Shown here: one piece after another, positions 59,600 to 64,000 of the stretch
How the letters are laid out: each line of letters starts with the position of its first letter
Position numbering within the stretch: the first letter of the stretch is position 1
From: Raillietiella orientalis
Lineage: Eukaryota
Direction: 5' to 3'
NCBI GenBank assembly: GCA_036172245.1
Contig: JAYWIR010000012.1
Coordinates: forward strand, 1,116,001 to 1,180,000
Length of the DNA: 64,000 nt
Notes under the pieces: model-generated
Databases searched by the model: none
What the model saw: only the letters and a program-made list of their open reading frames with translations
Told to the model about the DNA's origin: nothing
Position numbers and translations under genes: made by a program

Positions 59600-62500
59600 G
59601 CTGGAAACCCGGATGCGCAGATGCTTTTTGTCGAATGCGAACTCTAAGGTTTCCCTCAACCAGCTGGTGGTTCTAACAACAACTGGAGTTTGGGGAAGCC
59701 TTCGACTCGTCCCACCGTTTTGAGAAAGCCACGAGTGAGAATCCACTTTCTTAGCCGCTTCTCTGTTTCAACTTCAGCGAGTGACCTGCTTAGTGTCCCG
59801 AATCCTCCACCGTGCTCTTTGTGCCACCACTGAGCTCCTTCCACTCTGCTGATGATCCGAGATGTGCCAGAAAACTGTCGCCTTTGCAAACACGACCTGT
59901 CGAGGCCCTCCAAGAACTTGTCAAGCCGATGAGAATGCTTCTACCGTGTGGTTGATTGGTGTGCACCAGCCACCTCTGACTTCCTGAATTCAGGGGTTGC
60001 GCATGCACGTGGAAATAGAAGCCTCTGCTTTTCAGTCAGTTTTCTGCCCCTACTGATGCATTTCTTTCTGTTCCCTTCTTCATTATCCTCTCCCATTCCA
60101 GGACTGCGGGCCGCGAACCACTCCGAAGGTGCCGAAAGTGTGCTGCCGAAGGTGAGTGCTAAGGCAGTGGATTGTCCCCCTTCCTTTGTCTTGTGCTCTG
60201 CACCTATTTTCTGTCGGATAACCAGATTTTGGGAAGAACCGGTTTCAACTGGTTAATTATGAGAACCCAGAGCAGGGATCATAGAAAGGGTGGGAATCGG
60301 GGGGTCTGTTAAATGAACTGAAGCTGTTACCTCCTGATTACCCGACACGACAGCTGCACGGGTTTCCTCTCGAACACTCCGCAGCGTGTCTAGAACTCCT
60401 TGAGGGTGGACTTCGGAGGATGTCTTTCCTACCCACTCCGGGGCTGCTGATGAATTGTTCCCTTTCCAAACCGTCAGTTGGGTGATGTCATACTTCCTTC
60501 CTAGCAACGAAACACAACGAATCTCCGAATTAACATTTTCTTCAGCAATCGCAGACCTCGGGGAATTTTTCTGAGCAAAGTTATTTTGGACAAAGAACCG
60601 AAGCCATAAGGGGAGCTGGAAGAACGACATTTTTCATATTCTCTCCCTACAGTTTCAGCGGTTATTGAGATGGAAGAACTCACAGAGATCTTCCAGAATC
60701 ATTTTGAAGAATTGAAAGTCTGCGAGGTGCGAGACAGAAGCAGAAACAGCGCCCAGTCCCTAAGGCTTTAGCGTCTTTCGAGAGCTTAAAAAGAGATGTA
60801 ACGGGGAGGCAAGATTTTCAACCACTTGGCCATTTGCATGTGCATAACCTTGGCGTTTCGATCAATCTGCGAGAAGGGAGAGTCGGGTTTTTGATTTGGA
60901 ATTGTTCAGGACACCATTCGAGGTATGTCTTCCTGCTCACTGCCTGCACAGTCATGACGTCAGCCCCGATTCCAGTCCAGTGTTGCTGTCTGTTAACAGC
61001 ACGAATAATGTGGTATTCTCCGTCGAAGGGTTCAGTAGTTACTCATCCGCGTTTTCCGACAACCTTCTCAGTGACGGTGAAATCTCATCAGAAACACATG
61101 TCATTTTAATTTATTTTCCCGGAGTGTTTATCTAGCTGCCTCGAAGACCAGATTTAGCAGATCACTGAAAGGGCGTTTTGTACACGAACTAAATCAAACA
61201 CCCCTATGAGGAAGCACACCCTACAATTTCGTATATTCATGTTGAGATTGCTACTTAAGCGAAGAAACATCTTTGAACAGAGAGTGGATGGAAGGCAGTT
61301 TTCATTTTTACCGGTGCAGAATCATGACTATCGCCGAAGGCGCGCATGATCATGCAGAGTACGCAATGCGTGTTCCTTCCTAAAACATAAATTCATGGTG
61401 TTTACCGATGTGTCATGCAAAATTTCAGGTCCGGTTCTATTTGCTCAGAAATCATGGAACTCGGCAACAGTTGGGAGGAGCAAGTCATCACCACTGCGCC
61501 TTTTGCCGCTTCTGTAAATGATTCAAGTGAAAGATCGATTGCGGCCTTTTTCATAGTGATGCAGACAGGAAAATTCTCCGACCTGCTGGTATCCAACGAT
61601 CCTACAGAGGAAATTGAGTCACGTCTCGCTTTTGTTTTCTTCCAAAGTGATCTGAAACTCATCTCTCCTCTCAGCTAAGAAAACGAACGCCCTCGTTTTC
61701 TCAGCTGAACGGAAGTGGCATCCGAGGACAACAGGGAAACTTCAAGGGTGTTCTTTCGTATGTAGAACCAAATGGGCGCGATCACATCCATCCTCCATGG
61801 GGTGAGGGGGACTTCGGTGGACGATCTGCAGTGACCTTCGGTTCTTATGGACACCCACACCCTCTCCTTGAAGTGGTAGCAGTCGGCATTGATGCTGCTG
61901 TACTGGGGCCTCCCGTGCAACGCCTGCCGGCATCACTATACACAGGAGAGAGGGTGGACCCGAACTGTGCAAGGTGCGGAGAGCAGGAATCCTCCCCGCA
62001 CCTCCTAGTGAACTGTGTTGCCCTTCAGTCCCTTTGGAAATGCTTTGCTGCGGCCCTTGACAACTCTGGCGGAAACCCCAAGGAAGTTCTTAGACCAAAG
62101 CACAAAGTGAACCCCAAGGGCTTCACTTTGTGCAGGACTCCCTGCAGCCAGTTGCAGCCCTTGCAGCCCTTGGCTGCCTCCGCGGGATCGTGGCGGCGTG
62201 GAGGGATGCCAACAGAGGAGCTAGAGACAGACACGCCATCCAGTTCGCTCCTTGCTTTCTGTGGATCGAGGTCAGATGGCCCCATCTGGATAGCAATATC
62301 TAGCAAGATCTTGCTGGCATCCTTCAAAGGATGAAGAGGACCGCCCCCAGAAGACAGTGATCCCTTCTCTCACCCCCTTTTCCCCAAATTGTTTTATTTT
62401 GTTTCTTTTTCTTTTTGTTTGCCCCTCCCCTCTTCTTCCTTGGTGGACCTCACCGGTCTGCGAACCGGTAATACAGCAGGTTAGATCAAAGAGGACGGGG

Positions 62501-63030
62501 TTAGACCACCGGTCAAACCATAGAAATTGTAAATGTTTATTTAATCTATAAATAATTCCTCCAGAGTACTCAGGTGAGAATTCCATGGGATGAGAACTGA
62601 TTCTTCGACTCCACCTCTACCGGAAACCTCAGCCAGCAAAGTGACTACTCCGCTCGAGATCGCTGATGAGCAGCAGTAGGATCTCTGAACCAACCCGGAC
62701 TTGCATACTGCTGCTGCGATGCGAATGCAGTCACGATGTTTGCAAAATGTCCCGAAGTCAGCGAATAGCGTGGTTCCACACTCTTTGCATTGCATCCTCC
62801 ACAACCATCAAGATTAATCGAAAATGTTTTATCCTAGTTGCAAGCAGACTCTTTTTTTTGTCCTCTTCTGGCTTGTCCTTTGACGTCTTGCATTTCTTGA
62901 CGAAGGATGGACGAGAGCGCTTCAGAATCCATCCATATTGGATTGGTCTTTTGAGCTACAGAGCAGATTCAGAAATCACCACTTGCATCCTGATGAAATC
63001 ATTGGTGGATTTAAGGGGTACTCTGATACT
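59600..63030 (-). mobile_element. Ty1/copia gag-protease-integrase remnant, split by LINE family B copy 5
   Basis: Motifs in order on the minus strand: HWTGIGADVMT (~WxxDSGAxxHMT), HANGQVV, SVSHLAD (~LLSVSQL), LWLRFF (~LWHxRL), CVSLLGRK and LEFAFDK (~RDVxFDE). The gag assignment of 61000-61690 and 62590-63000 is largely positional. Confidence 0.55.
61750..62584 (+). mobile_element. LINE family B copy 5 (3' part)
   Basis: Motif DPNCARCGEQESSPHLLVNCVALQSLWKCFAAALDNSGGNPKEVL, followed by the family B 3' UTR with its T-rich tract and terminus. Confidence 0.8.
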
Positions 63031-63031
63031 C
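63020..63031 (-). promoter_or_regulatory. Possible degenerate tRNA-iMet primer binding site of the copia element
   Basis: actctgatactc-ttgt resembles the canonical plus-strand gctctgatacca-nn-tgt and lies just upstream of the inferred gag. No LTR pair was found. Confidence 0.3.
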
Positions 63032-63349
63032 TTGTCGGTCCCCTAAGAGCACACCTGAAAGGTCGTCTGCTGAGCTGGGGTAGCTTGGTGCTCCCGATGA
63101 AGGGTTCCATCACATCCCTGCTTGCACCTCCATAGTTGAGTCGACTGCCACAGTCCCAAGGAGATGTTCCGGGTCCAGACTCCTTTGCAGGAGGCTCACT
63201 GAGTCAGCCTGCGGTGCCTGGAGCAACCTGCTCATCCCTGATTTCTGGGTCATGCATCCAACGGAAACAAAACATACGCAGTCAGTGGCAGACGAGCACG
63301 TGGACAGCCTGGATCCAGAGGGACAGAGAGCGGAGCTGAGGATGAGCGG

Positions 63350-63900
63350 AGAGGGAGTAGGGAATGGGGATGGATCGGACTCTTGGTTCTGAGCAGTGCC
63401 CACGAAGGTCTGCCTCGGGCAGGAAATGAATAGAGAGGAAAGGTACGGGGGCGCTCCTCCTCGCGCCTCCTCTCCGGATAGTCGGCGATGGAGACCGACG
63501 AAAATCGATTGGCATTCGAAATGAGCTGAACTTCCGGCTTTAGAGCTGATATGGTACCTATGATGATGCAGATAGGGGTGGACGTGTTGCGAGATAGCGA
63601 GTGAGGAGGGCCAGGACGCCCCCTTTAATGCCGAAAGTATCGGGCGCTCCTCCGCGCGGGGAGCGACAGCGAAGTTCTGGTAATCGGGGAGTCGAGGCTT
63701 CCGGAGACGGGAAACAACTCCGGGAAAGCGACCAGATAACGAGATCGTCAAAAGAAGCGTCCTTGGAGATTGGGGATGGGTCCAGGAAACTTCAGGAGCA
63801 GTGGTCTCGCACTCCAGGAGTCGGCGTCCGCTGCCTGCTTTCCATTTTCGCTTCCTGGGGAGAGCGCCATCGCCCTGCACCCTTCAGGTTTTCTTTCGCT
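63350..63900 (-). mobile_element. Possible DIRS tyrosine recombinase remnant
   Basis: Motifs VLALLTRYLATRP (~PVxALxxYLxxRP) and SGEEARGGA (~SGHSxRRGGA). Confidence 0.4.
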
Positions 63901-64000
63901 GGGAGAGGTCCATCTCTCGGCAACAAGGCATGTTTTCCTCGAGAGGTCGTCCGATCACTCTGCCCACGTCAATAGCCCCATTCGGTCCCTCTTCTGGTCT

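Noticed and set aside
1..64000. Prokaryotic or viral operon-type system
   Set aside because: There are no dense codon-biased ORFs or operon structure, and the recognisable content is eukaryotic TE debris.

Overview
The window is GC-rich (roughly 55% by eye) eukaryotic DNA in which I found no intact protein-coding gene, rRNA, tRNA or CRISPR array. Most of it reads as a nested graveyard of old, heavily frameshifted transposable elements. I recognised these by eye from degenerate domain motifs and from repeats shared within the window. There are two multi-copy L1/Tx1-like LINE families. Family A has 5 copies, a long 3' UTR holding a ~40-bp array and, in the longest copy, an RNase H1-like domain. 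Family B has 5 copies, a CCHC zf-RVT and a conserved 3'-terminal hairpin. Further LINE fragments occur alongside Ty1/copia, Ty3/gypsy, DIRS (RT-RH and tyrosine recombinase), hAT and PIF/Harbinger remnants, and a short GA-tailed repeat. Boundaries are approximate (about 50-200 bp) and all domain calls are motif-level judgements, not database hits. The most interesting signals are the shared AATAAA-CGCCCGG-loop-CCGGGYG-A(n) LINE terminus, the RNase H1-type domain in LINE family A, the variable ~40-bp array in its 3' UTR, and the retention of CpG in very old repeats.
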